NCBI GenBank assembly: GCA_964555035.1
Contig: CAZKRK010000046.1
Location: forward strand, 1 to 29,411
Direction: 5' to 3'
Origin: an uncultured Victivallales bacterium
GTDB lineage: Bacteria > Verrucomicrobiota > Kiritimatiellia > UBA8416 > CAYOBW01
Length of the DNA stretch: 29,411 nt
Shown here: positions 7,857 through 16,907 of the stretch, one piece after another
Layout: every line of letters starts with the position of its first letter
Numbering within the stretch: the first letter of the stretch is position 1
The notes under the pieces: model-generated
What the model was told of the DNA's origin: nothing
The model's input: only the letters and a program-made list of their open reading frames with translations
The model's database searches: none
Program-made: the position numbers and the translations under genes

Positions 7857-10800
7857 ATGAGGCAGAACCGGCTCTTTCTCGACCTCGAAACAACCCGGAG
7901 CGGACGCATTCGCAAAGTCGGCGCCGTATTCGGCGATCGTGTTGTGTCGTCGGCACACGACGGGGGCGTGCAACGGGCGCTGTCCATTCTGGACCGAATA
8001 GCCGGCCAGGCCGAGTGCCTCGCGGGACACAACATCGTCGATCACGACCTGCCTGCTCTTCGCCATTGCCGTGCGGACTTGAAACTCCTGCAGGTTCCCG
8101 TGATCGATACGCTCTACCTCTCGCCGATCTGCTTTCCCGAAAATCCCTATCATTGCCTGGTCAAGGACTACAAGTTGGTCTCGGAAACCGTCAGCGATCC
8201 TGTCGAAGACGCCCGCCTGGCCGCAACGCTGTTCGAGGACGAAATCGCGTCTCTGATCGGTATCCGAGAAAGCAGTCCCGAGCTTTTCAAAGCGTTGCAC
8301 CTGCTGACCACAAAGACATCGCCGTCGGATCCCGGATCTCATGCGACCGGAATGAGGCATCTGTTCCGGAGCCTCGGGGCCGACGCGGTCACCGATGACG
8401 CGCTCGAGTGTGTCCGCGGGATGGCGGCGCAGTACGGCTGTCGAACGGCAGCCGTACGCTTGGACCACACGAACCTCACGTCCGCGCAGAAGTGCTGGGC
8501 GCTGGCCTTCGTGCTGACCTGGTTGCGCGTGTCCGGCTCGGATTCCGTCATTCCGCCCTGGGTGCGGCACCGCCACCCGTCCGTCAGCGTATTCCTTCAT
8601 GCGCTCCGGGATGTTCCTTGTGACGACGCGGATTGCCGGTATTGTGCCGAAACCCACAGTCCCGAGAAGCAGCTCAAGCGGTTCTTCGGGTTCGACTGCT
8701 TCCGACCCACGCCGCATGATGGGAACGGCGGCAGCCTGCAACGCCGCATCGTGTTGGCGGGGATGCAGGGAGAATCGCTCCTGGCGATCCTGCCGACAGG
8801 CGGCGGCAAGTCACTCTGCTACCAACTGCCCGCACTTGTCCGCAGCGTCCGGCGAGGGCAGTTGACGGTCGTGATCTCCCCCCTGCAGGCGTTGATGAAA
8901 GACCAGGTGGACGGGCTGCAACGCCGCACCGGCCTTGAAAACGCCGCCGCGCTCTACGGCCTTCTGACGCCGCCCGAGCGTGGTGACGTACTCCGACGTC
9001 TCAGGACAGGTGACATAGCGGTTCTGTACGTATCTCCGGAGCAACTCCGCAACGCTTCCTTCACCAGGGCAATCTCGCAGCGGGAGGTCGGTTGCTGGGT
9101 CGTCGACGAGGCGCATTGCCTGTCGAAATGGGGACACGATTTCCGCCCCGACTACCTCTACATCGGCCGCTTCATGCGCGAGCTCGCCAAGCGTCAGGGA
9201 TGCCCCTTGCCTCCCGTTGCCTGTTTCACCGCCACGGCCAAGCGCGATGTCGCCGAAGAGATCATGGCCTACTTTCAACGTGAGACGGCCATGCCCGTTG
9301 CCCTCTACCAGGGCGGCGTCGAACGCGAGAACCTGTGTTTCGAAGTGCAGACAGTCAGCGCGCCGGCCAAGCTGGGGCGAATCGACGAGTTGCTGCACGA
9401 CCGATTGGATGCGAACGGGAACGAAGGAAGCGCGATCGTCTTTCGTACTACGCGCCGGCTCGCCGAAGAAACGGCCGAGTACTTGTGCAACCAGGGGTGG
9501 CAGGCGGCGTTCTTTCACGCCGGCATGACGCCGCCGGAAAAGAAGCGCACGCAGGACGCGTTTCTCGACGGCGAGCTGCGCGTGATCTGCGCGACGAACG
9601 CGTTCGGCATGGGGATCGACAAGGACGACGTCAGGCTTGTCGTGCACGGCGATTCGCCGGCTTCGATCGAAAACTACCTGCAGGAAGCCGGCCGGGCGGG
9701 CCGTGATCGCGGCCGTGCCGACTGCGTGTTGCTCTATGACGAGGAGGACTGCGAGCAGCAGTTCCGTCTCGGCGCCTTTTCAGAACTGAGCCGGCGCGAT
9801 ATCGCCCAGATTCTGCGCGGGCTCCGTAAAGCCACCCGCACGCACGGCTCGGACAGCGTCGTGATCACGACCGGCGAGCTCATGCGCGACGAGGATGTCG
9901 ACACCACATTCGGGCCCGAAGACCTGTCGGCCGACACCAAAGTACGCGCCGCGATGTCCTGGCTCGAACGTGCCGGCTTCGTCGAACGCAACCAGAATCG
10001 CACCAACGTCTTTCAGGCGCGCCTCCTGGTACGCTCCACCGGGGAGGCGGAGGAGAAGCTCGCGCAGCTCGGCCTGTCCGACGCGGAGTCCCGGCTCTGG
10101 CTCGCCATCGTGCGTGAAATGATCAATGCCGGGGAAACCGACAGCCTGACCGTAGACGGGTTGGCTCTGCTGCCTGAATTCCAAGGCTATCTGAAGACCG
10201 GGGCGGAGTTCATACCGCACCATGTCGTGCGCGAGGGACGCAGCCAGGAGTATCTGAGTTCAAAGGTCCTCAAGGTCCTTAACTCCATGACGAACGTCGG
10301 GATCATGAAGAAGGATACGCTGCTCACCGCGTTCATTGCCTACAAGGTGGCCAACCACTCGCGCGTGCGTTTCGATCGGGTCTGCGCGAGCGATCGCGAA
10401 ATGCTGAAGGTGTTGATGGAAGAAGAGCCCGATCCGGAAGGCTGGCTGCCGCTCAATCTCCGTCTGCTGAACCAGACATTGCTGGATCGCGATGTTTCCG
10501 CGTCACCCCCTTTCCTGCGCAGGTTGTTGCGCAGCTTGAGCGAGGACGGCAAAGGGTTCTCGGGACAAAGGGGCAGCATCGAGTTGCGCCACGTCGGCCG
10601 CGATGCCTATCGGGTTCGGCTGCGGCGCGAGTGGGCACAGATCGCGGAGCTTGCCGAACGCAGGCGTCGCGTGGCCGGTGTGCTGCTCGACGCGATTGTC
10701 TCCAAAGTGCCGTCCGCCACTCCGCCTCGAGCGGACCTCCTCGTGGAGTTCTCTTTCGAAGAACTGACCGCCGCGCTCAACCGGGATCTCGCTCTGCGCT

Positions 10801-13073
10801 CGGACGTCCGCGACATGCAGGCCGCCATCGAACGGGGACTCATGTTCCTGCACGAGCAGAATGTCATTGTCTTGCAGCAAGGACTGGCGGTGTTCCGCTC
10901 GGCCATGACCGTTCGTGTGCTGCCTGAATCGAAAGGGCTGCGCTACACGCAGGACCAGTACCAGGCGCTCGAGCACCACTACCGCGAACGTGTGTTCCAG
11001 GTGCACGTCATGAACGAATACGCCCGGTACGGGATCGAGAAGATCCAGGAGGCGTTGGCTCTGGTTGTGGCATACTTCACAATGGAGAGGGAAGCCTTCA
11101 TTGCCCGCTTCTTCGGATCACGCCGCGAGCTCTTGGAACGTGCAACGACGGCACGCTCATACCGTCGGATTGTCGATGCCCTGGGCAACCGCGAACAGAT
11201 CCGCATCGTGACGGCGCCGCTCAACAAGAACATGCTCATCCTGGCGGGACCCGGATCGGGAAAGACGCGCACCGTCGTCCACCGGTGCGCCTACCTGTTG
11301 CGCGTGAAACGCGTGCGCCCCTCTTCCGTTCTCGTCTGTTGCTTCAACCACAAGGCAGCGCTCGAATTGCGCAGACGCCTCGCGGAGCTTGTCGGCCGCG
11401 ACGCCTGCGGCGTCACGGTTCAGACATACCACGGATTGGCCCTGCGACTGCTGGGGTTCTCGTGCAGCGCGATGAAACCGGACGCTCGCGATTCGCTCGA
11501 CTTCGACAGGTTGATCGTGGACGCCGTGGACCTTCTTGAAGGCGGAAAGGCCGCGGCTGGCCTCGAATCCGACGAAACGCGTGACCGGCTCTTGGCGGGA
11601 TACGAACACATCCTCGTCGACGAGTATCAGGACATCGACGAGGCGCAGTACCATATGATCGGCGCAATCGCCGGGCGGACCCTTGAAGATGGCGATCGCA
11701 AGCTCACCATCCTTGCCGTCGGAGACGATGACCAGTCCATCTACGGTTTCCGCGGCGCGAACGTCACGTTCATTCGCCGTTTCTGCGAAGACTTCGAGGC
11801 CGCCACACACCACCTCGTCGAGAACTACCGGTCTACCCGCTACATCATCGAAGCGGCGAACAGCGTCATTGCCCGCAACCGTGATCGAATGAAGTGCGAC
11901 TTGCCTATTCGCGTTGACGAAGGCCGCCAGCTTTCCCACCCCGGGGGGGCGATTGCCTCACTGCATCCGGAGACAAACGGACGCGTTGCCGTCGTCTCCG
12001 TGCGGGATGACGCCGCACAGGCTGTCGCCGCCGGGACCGAGATTGAGCGGCTTCGGACCCTTGGCGCGAAAGACTGGTCTCGAACGGCAATCCTCTCGCG
12101 AACGCGCCGCGATTTGTCGCTCGTACGCGTCGCGTTGGAGGCGAAATCGATTCCGGTCCAATGGCCTCTGCAGCGCAACAAGCTGCCCTCGATCTACCGA
12201 ATGCGCGAGGTCCATCGTGCTCTCGGCACACTCCGCGAGATGCGAAGCAGCAACAGAACGGCATCGGAGCTCTTCGAGCGCGTCGTCATGCCACCCGGTT
12301 CTTGCGGCAACGCGTGGGCGGGCATGATCGAATCCCTCTTGAGCGCATGGCAGGACGAAACCGGCAACGCCAGCCTTCCCGTTGGTGCTTGCGTCGATTT
12401 CCTCTACGAGTCGCTCGCACAGCGCCGGAGAGACGAACAGTTTGGCGTCGGCGTCGTCCTGAACACGGTCCACGCGGCCAAGGGAACGGAGTACGACCAC
12501 GTTATTCTTTGCGGCGATTGGTCCAATGGGAGCAATGCCGCGGACATCGAAGAAGAACGCCGCGTCTTCTACGTCGGCATGACACGTGCGCGGCATTCGC
12601 TGTGCATTCTCGATCGCGCCGATACGCGCAACCCGTTCCGTGGAGAGCTGGTTGGCCCTTGTTTCGCCCCGCGACATGAGATGGGCCCCGCGAACGGCAA
12701 TCTCGCCTATCGCGACTACACGCTGCTTGGTCTCGATGACATGTTCCTGGACTTTGCGGGCCGGCAGCCGGCCCGCCACCGCGTTCACGAGGCTCTGTCC
12801 GAGCTGAAGCCCGGAGCATCTCTGCAGGCACAAGCGCAGGATGGCCGCGTCTGGCTGGTCCATGGGGCAGGGACAACGATCGGCGCTTTGTCCGCACAGG
12901 CGACAGAACTCTGGCGCGATCGCCTCGACGACATCGACTCGATCCGCGTGGTCGGAATGTACACGCGCCTGCGCGAGGACATCGGCGACAGGAACTTCCT
13001 TGCCCGCATCCGCTGCGACTCGTGGGAAGTCCCGGTCTGCGAGGTCCGCTCCATGCCGGCCGGGCAGGACTGA
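7857..13073 (+). CDS. Giant triple-fusion protein: DEDD 3'-5' exonuclease, RecQ-type SF2 helicase core and UvrD/PcrA-type SF1 helicase
   Basis: Residue numbers follow the 7725 ORF. Exonuclease motifs are LFLDLETT (aa 50-57) and GHNIVDHDL (aa 101-109). RecQ motifs are LPTGGGKSLCYQLPA, VVDEAHCLSKWGHDFRPDY, ATNAFGMGIDKDDVRLVVH and YLQEAGRAGRD (aa ~320-675). UvrD motifs are LILAGPGSGKTRT, ILVDEYQDID, VGDDDQSIYGFRGA, VENYRST, TVHAAKGTEYDHV and FYVGMTRAR (aa ~1160-1630). I chose the Met at 7857 as the start because the DxE motif then lies 6 residues in. The ORF is open from 7725. Confidence 0.85.
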   Translation: MRQNRLFLDLETTRSGRIRKVGAVFGDRVVSSAHDGGVQRALSILDRIAGQAECLAGHNIVDHDLPALRHCRADLKLLQVPVIDTLYLSPICFPENPYHCLVKDYKLVSETVSDPVEDARLAATLFEDEIASLIGIRESSPELFKALHLLTTKTSPSDPGSHATGMRHLFRSLGADAVTDDALECVRGMAAQYGCRTAAVRLDHTNLTSAQKCWALAFVLTWLRVSGSDSVIPPWVRHRHPSVSVFLHALRDVPCDDADCRYCAETHSPEKQLKRFFGFDCFRPTPHDGNGGSLQRRIVLAGMQGESLLAILPTGGGKSLCYQLPALVRSVRRGQLTVVISPLQALMKDQVDGLQRRTGLENAAALYGLLTPPERGDVLRRLRTGDIAVLYVSPEQLRNASFTRAISQREVGCWVVDEAHCLSKWGHDFRPDYLYIGRFMRELAKRQGCPLPPVACFTATAKRDVAEEIMAYFQRETAMPVALYQGGVERENLCFEVQTVSAPAKLGRIDELLHDRLDANGNEGSAIVFRTTRRLAEETAEYLCNQGWQAAFFHAGMTPPEKKRTQDAFLDGELRVICATNAFGMGIDKDDVRLVVHGDSPASIENYLQEAGRAGRDRGRADCVLLYDEEDCEQQFRLGAFSELSRRDIAQILRGLRKATRTHGSDSVVITTGELMRDEDVDTTFGPEDLSADTKVRAAMSWLERAGFVERNQNRTNVFQARLLVRSTGEAEEKLAQLGLSDAESRLWLAIVREMINAGETDSLTVDGLALLPEFQGYLKTGAEFIPHHVVREGRSQEYLSSKVLKVLNSMTNVGIMKKDTLLTAFIAYKVANHSRVRFDRVCASDREMLKVLMEEEPDPEGWLPLNLRLLNQTLLDRDVSASPPFLRRLLRSLSEDGKGFSGQRGSIELRHVGRDAYRVRLRREWAQIAELAERRRRVAGVLLDAIVSKVPSATPPRADLLVEFSFEELTAALNRDLALRSDVRDMQAAIERGLMFLHEQNVIVLQQGLAVFRSAMTVRVLPESKGLRYTQDQYQALEHHYRERVFQVHVMNEYARYGIEKIQEALALVVAYFTMEREAFIARFFGSRRELLERATTARSYRRIVDALGNREQIRIVTAPLNKNMLILAGPGSGKTRTVVHRCAYLLRVKRVRPSSVLVCCFNHKAALELRRRLAELVGRDACGVTVQTYHGLALRLLGFSCSAMKPDARDSLDFDRLIVDAVDLLEGGKAAAGLESDETRDRLLAGYEHILVDEYQDIDEAQYHMIGAIAGRTLEDGDRKLTILAVGDDDQSIYGFRGANVTFIRRFCEDFEAATHHLVENYRSTRYIIEAANSVIARNRDRMKCDLPIRVDEGRQLSHPGGAIASLHPETNGRVAVVSVRDDAAQAVAAGTEIERLRTLGAKDWSRTAILSRTRRDLSLVRVALEAKSIPVQWPLQRNKLPSIYRMREVHRALGTLREMRSSNRTASELFERVVMPPGSCGNAWAGMIESLLSAWQDETGNASLPVGACVDFLYESLAQRRRDEQFGVGVVLNTVHAAKGTEYDHVILCGDWSNGSNAADIEEERRVFYVGMTRARHSLCILDRADTRNPFRGELVGPCFAPRHEMGPANGNLAYRDYTLLGLDDMFLDFAGRQPARHRVHEALSELKPGASLQAQAQDGRVWLVHGAGTTIGALSAQATELWRDRLDDIDSIRVVGMYTRLREDIGDRNFLARIRCDSWEVPVCEVRSMPAGQD

Positions 13074-13139
13074 GTTCGTCGATCGCTCCGCCTATGCCGC
13101 CCCTCCGGGGCTTGTTTCCATGCTCGACGCATGTGCGGC

Positions 13140-13251
13140 AAACGTAGGTCCGATTTGCAATCGGACCCAACTCCGGTCGGGTCTGGTCAGCCGTGGCGTT
13201 ATCTGAGGCAACCAGCGGGGTTGGGTCCGATTGCAAATCGGACCTACGTTT
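13140..13251. repeat. Double-hairpin palindromic element (32-nt perfect inverted arms, 48-nt spacer), same family as 1856-1985
   Basis: 13140-13171 (aaacgtaggtccgatttgcaatcggacccaac) is the exact reverse complement of 13220-13251. The internal hairpin GGTCCGATT-TGC-AATCGGACC resembles GGCCGGATT-TGT-AATCCGGCC. It sits between convergent helicase genes. Confidence 0.85.
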
Positions 13252-13350
13252 ACCGCTCACGCACGTTCCGGCCCTCGGGGAGTCACGAAGCATCCGCTTC
13301 TTCCGCACGAAGGTGTCACAGTTGTTTCCGAGAGGTAAGGTAGTCTGGGC

Positions 13351-16122
13351 CTACGGTCGCGCCAACTCCGCCTCGACGCGCGCGACGAGGTCCAGTCCCT
13401 CTTGGAGAGCACCATCGCCGTCGCTTCCGCCGCCGTCGAAGGCGGCCAGGGCAGAGACGAGGGCTGCGGGTTCTGTCGGGAGCTCGGAACCGTCGCCGTC
13501 GGGCTTTGTTCCGGGACCGTGGTGCAGGACGACGACCGCTTCGCGCCCCGCTCCCAGAACCGTCGCAAGGTGCGGGAGTGCCTGCTCCGCAAGACCCACA
13601 CCCGCCAACGCCTCGACGGCCTTGCGCTCGGCTGCGGTCGTTGCCCAGACCTTGCGTGCCGCGGCACGGTGGAGCTTCGGCTTGGGCCGTTCCCGCGGGG
13701 GCAATGGCGTGTAGCCGTCGGCGGCATGTACCGTATCGATGTCGGCGGACAGCGTGAGGATGCCCATTTCCTGAAGCCGCAGCAGCATCGCGTGCATCTC
13801 CGGCGTAATGACCTCGGCCGTGGCGCCTGCCGCCTCGGCCGTATCGCGAAGCGCATCGAGGTCCGTTCCGGGGCGCGACACGACTACCGTCCCGCCGGTT
13901 TTGGCGTTGCGTTCGATGCCGAGGATGATGTCCGCGTGGCGCGCCGTGAGTTCTTCCTTCAGTGTCCTGGGTTTCTCTTCGCGAGCCGGTGGGGCAGGCG
14001 CCACGGGCTCCCCGCCCAGCAATTCGCCGACGCGCGCCGCAAAGGCCTGGCGACCGGTTTTGCCGCTCGGCCGTTCCTCGAACGCGGCCCCGTCCAGCAC
14101 GGAGTCGGCCAGCGCGGTCTTGTACGCCAACTTGTCGAGCATGGCGCTTTCGATCGAGCGTTCCGCGACCAGGTTGACGACGCGCACGCTTCGCTTCTGG
14201 TGCTTGCGCCAGGCCCGCGCGATGCGCTGCTCCAGCTTCGCCGGATTCCAGGGCAGGTCGAGGTTGATCACGATGTTCGCGGCCTGCAGGTTCAGACCCG
14301 CGCCGCCTGACTCGGACGAGAGAAACACGCGGCAGTCGGCATTCTGCTTGAACATGCGGATCTGCTCGCGCCGTTTCTGCTGGGGGATTCTGCCGGTGTG
14401 TTCCGCGAACCCGATTCCTTTTGCGGTCAGCAGTTCCTTTACGAGGTCGAGCATGCGCACCCACTCCGAGAATATGATGACCTTCGCCTCCGGGTCGTCA
14501 CCCAGCAGGTCGTCGAGGATGTTCTCCAGCTCCTCCAGCTTCGGACAGTCACGGCACTCGGGGTCAAGGATGTAGGGCGTGTCGCAGATCATGCGCATGC
14601 AACCCAGCAAGAGCAGAAGGCGTTCCTGCTCCTTCTTCGTCAACGGGCGCCGTTTCATGATCGAAACGAGCATGGCCACGTCGTATTCGATCTCGGCATA
14701 GCGCGCCCGCTGCTCTTTTGTCATGGAAACGAAGAAGTTCTTGTCGGTACGTTCCGGCAAGGCGTCTTCGACGTCGCTCTTGCGGCGGCGCAACATCACC
14801 GACGAGACCGTGCGGTGCAGCTTGTCCAGGTTCCTGGGGCGGACCTCGTTGTCGGAAGTGAGTTCCATAAACGCGCGCTGAAAACGGAAGAGCGACCCGA
14901 ACACGTGTGGGTCGACGAACTCGACCAACGAGTACAACTCCTCGATGCGGTTTTCCAAGGGCGTTCCGGTCAGCACGAATGCGTATGGACTGCGCACCCG
15001 CTTGATCGTTTTGGCGGTCTTCGTGGGCCAGTTCTTGATGCGTTGCGCCTCATCGAGGATGACGAGGTCCGGAACGAGCAGGCGGTTGATATCGTCCACG
15101 TCATTGCGTACCTGCTCGTAGTTGCAGAGGCTGTACGGATGCTCCTCGGCATAGAGGCGCAGGCGGGCGGGCCGCGATCCGAAGACCGGCTTGGCCTGGC
15201 GGCCGGTGAACTGCATGATCTGGTCCTCCCACTCCGCCTTGAGCGAAGCGGGGCTGACCACCAGCACGCGGCGCACGCGGCCGGACTGGCGCAGCAGCTC
15301 GGCGGCGGCAATCGCCTGCACCGTCTTGCCGAGCCCCATCTCGTCGGCCAGCAGGGCGCGACCGGTGAAAGCCAGATGTGCCATGCCCGCTTTCTGATAG
15401 GGGTACAAGGGAAGGACAACGGGGTTGTCGGTGCGTTTGGCGGCTGCCACGTCGCGATCGAAATGCCGCCGCAGCTCGTCAAGGTCCGTCCTGAACCTCT
15501 CTCGCTCGAGCCAGTAGTCGACGTGTTCGGACAGACGCACGCCCTTCCGCGCCGATGCGGTGAGCATGGCCGTGGCGCGTTCCGCGGCCGTGCACGCGTC
15601 CGTATTGCCGGCCAGGGCGAAGCCTTCATCGCCGAACAGCGACCCCACGCGCCTCTCGACCGCGGCGATGCCCGCTGCCGGCCGCAACAGGCGCAACCGC
15701 GGATTGGGTCCGCGAACGTCCATGAAAATCTCGTAGGCAGGCGATCCCGCCTTTGCCGCGCGGGCAAAGGCGCGCTTCTTGCGGTGCTGGATGAACTGCC
15801 GCACACGCTCGATGTGCTTGCAGCACCCGAGGCGGTTCATGCGGTAGTCCTGACACGAACAACTGTTCAGGTTCTCCGACAGACTCCGAATCTCGACGCG
15901 GTAGGGTTGCTCCCACTGCGTGGACGAGACCTCGAAGAGACCGTGGAAATCGTCACGCATCGCCACGCGGGTGACCTGCGCCTTTTCCTTCTCGGCACTC
16001 TCGCGCCGCAGCACGATGCTCTGCTCATCCGTCGGAAAGCCAACCCGTTTCGGTGGCCGTTTCTGGACCTGTTTGGCCTTCTTGCTTCTGCGTTTCTTCC
16101 GCGTCTTCCGTTCCAAGCTCAT
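13351..16122 (-). CDS. SNF2-family helicase/translocase with N-terminal SWIM zinc finger and an uncharacterised C-terminal extension of about 230 aa
   Basis: The SWIM motif CSCQDYRMNRLGCCKH is at aa 88-103. SNF2 motifs are LLADEMGLGKTVQAIA, the DEAQ box (VILDEAQRIKN) and LTGTPLENR. The helicase-C region includes SSESGGAGLNLQAANIVINLDLPWNPAKLEQRIARAWR. The N-terminus is highly basic (KTRKKRRSKKAKQVQKRPPKR). Confidence 0.9.
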   Translation of the reverse strand: MSLERKTRKKRRSKKAKQVQKRPPKRVGFPTDEQSIVLRRESAEKEKAQVTRVAMRDDFHGLFEVSSTQWEQPYRVEIRSLSENLNSCSCQDYRMNRLGCCKHIERVRQFIQHRKKRAFARAAKAGSPAYEIFMDVRGPNPRLRLLRPAAGIAAVERRVGSLFGDEGFALAGNTDACTAAERATAMLTASARKGVRLSEHVDYWLERERFRTDLDELRRHFDRDVAAAKRTDNPVVLPLYPYQKAGMAHLAFTGRALLADEMGLGKTVQAIAAAELLRQSGRVRRVLVVSPASLKAEWEDQIMQFTGRQAKPVFGSRPARLRLYAEEHPYSLCNYEQVRNDVDDINRLLVPDLVILDEAQRIKNWPTKTAKTIKRVRSPYAFVLTGTPLENRIEELYSLVEFVDPHVFGSLFRFQRAFMELTSDNEVRPRNLDKLHRTVSSVMLRRRKSDVEDALPERTDKNFFVSMTKEQRARYAEIEYDVAMLVSIMKRRPLTKKEQERLLLLLGCMRMICDTPYILDPECRDCPKLEELENILDDLLGDDPEAKVIIFSEWVRMLDLVKELLTAKGIGFAEHTGRIPQQKRREQIRMFKQNADCRVFLSSESGGAGLNLQAANIVINLDLPWNPAKLEQRIARAWRKHQKRSVRVVNLVAERSIESAMLDKLAYKTALADSVLDGAAFEERPSGKTGRQAFAARVGELLGGEPVAPAPPAREEKPRTLKEELTARHADIILGIERNAKTGGTVVVSRPGTDLDALRDTAEAAGATAEVITPEMHAMLLRLQEMGILTLSADIDTVHAADGYTPLPPRERPKPKLHRAAARKVWATTAAERKAVEALAGVGLAEQALPHLATVLGAGREAVVVLHHGPGTKPDGDGSELPTEPAALVSALAAFDGGGSDGDGALQEGLDLVARVEAELARP

Positions 16123-16269
16123 GTGCGCCTCAATACGTTGTCCGTGAATAAGCGATGTCCGGCAAGACTAGCCATGGAGAGGGGCGGGGTGCAAGAACTC
16201 TCGCAACCCTAACGACAGAAACGTGACCGATGACGTGGGGTAGCCATAGAAGCAAGCTCGCCGGCGCTC

Positions 16270-16297
16270 AGGCTCACACCTTGTAAAGTGTGAGCCT
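16270..16297. promoter_or_regulatory. Palindrome AGGCTCACAC-N8-GTGTGAGCCT overlapping the regulator stop codon, upstream of the SNF2 gene (operator or terminator candidate)
   Basis: It has a perfect 10-bp stem and the loop CTTGTAAA. The same stem sequence recurs at 16897-16930. Confidence 0.45.
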
Positions 16298-16907
16298 ACC
16301 CCTCCATGCAAGCGATTCGTACCAACTCATGCGCAAGAGGCGATAACTTCCGCGCCAGGGCGTATGTCCCGCGTTGGTTCCGGACGACAATGTCACGGCG
16401 CACCAGTTTGCTCACATGACGCTTCATCGCCGGCAGAGAAATGCCGCATCGAACAACCAGTGCCACAATCGACAACCCCGGCGAGCGATTCAGTTCCCGC
16501 ACGATCCGGATGCGTCTAGGATGTGTGAAAGCTGTAAGGTTCCGAAACGCCCCCTCGATGGCGCCTAGGCGCCTGGAAAGCTGTCGTTTCATCGCGGTGA
16601 CAAGGGCCTCGGAAAACGAGATCGTGCTGTTTGGAGACACAGTGTACACGACCCAACGACTCGTCCGCCGCGCATCCAGGATGCCTCTGGCGTTGAGAGC
16701 CCGAAGACATTGGCTCGCACTGGATTCCGATATGCCTACCTGCGCGGCGACATCGGAGACGCACTGCCGTTGATGTCGAAGCAGAAACCGCAACACAGCG
16801 AGCCGTCTCCGGTTCGCCAATGCCCGGCATGTGCGCCAAAGCGTAGGACTGAGTGAACGCGCGTTCTCCATACCATCTCCAAGTAGACACCTCAACGCCA
16901 GGCTCAC
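16296..16907 (-). CDS. Transcriptional regulator with two tandem ArsR/SmtB-type winged-helix domains
   Basis: Domain 1 reads RTCRALANRRRLAVLRFLL...QCVSDVAAQVGISESSASQCLRALNARGIL. Domain 2 reads FTHPRRIRIVRELNRSPGLSIVALVVRCGISLPAMKRHVSKLVRRDIVV. The first 12 codons overlap the upstream palindrome, so the Met at 16871 (MENARSL) may be the real start. Confidence 0.75.
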   Translation of the reverse strand: MSLALRCLLGDGMENARSLSPTLWRTCRALANRRRLAVLRFLLRHQRQCVSDVAAQVGISESSASQCLRALNARGILDARRTSRWVVYTVSPNSTISFSEALVTAMKRQLSRRLGAIEGAFRNLTAFTHPRRIRIVRELNRSPGLSIVALVVRCGISLPAMKRHVSKLVRRDIVVRNQRGTYALARKLSPLAHELVRIACMEG

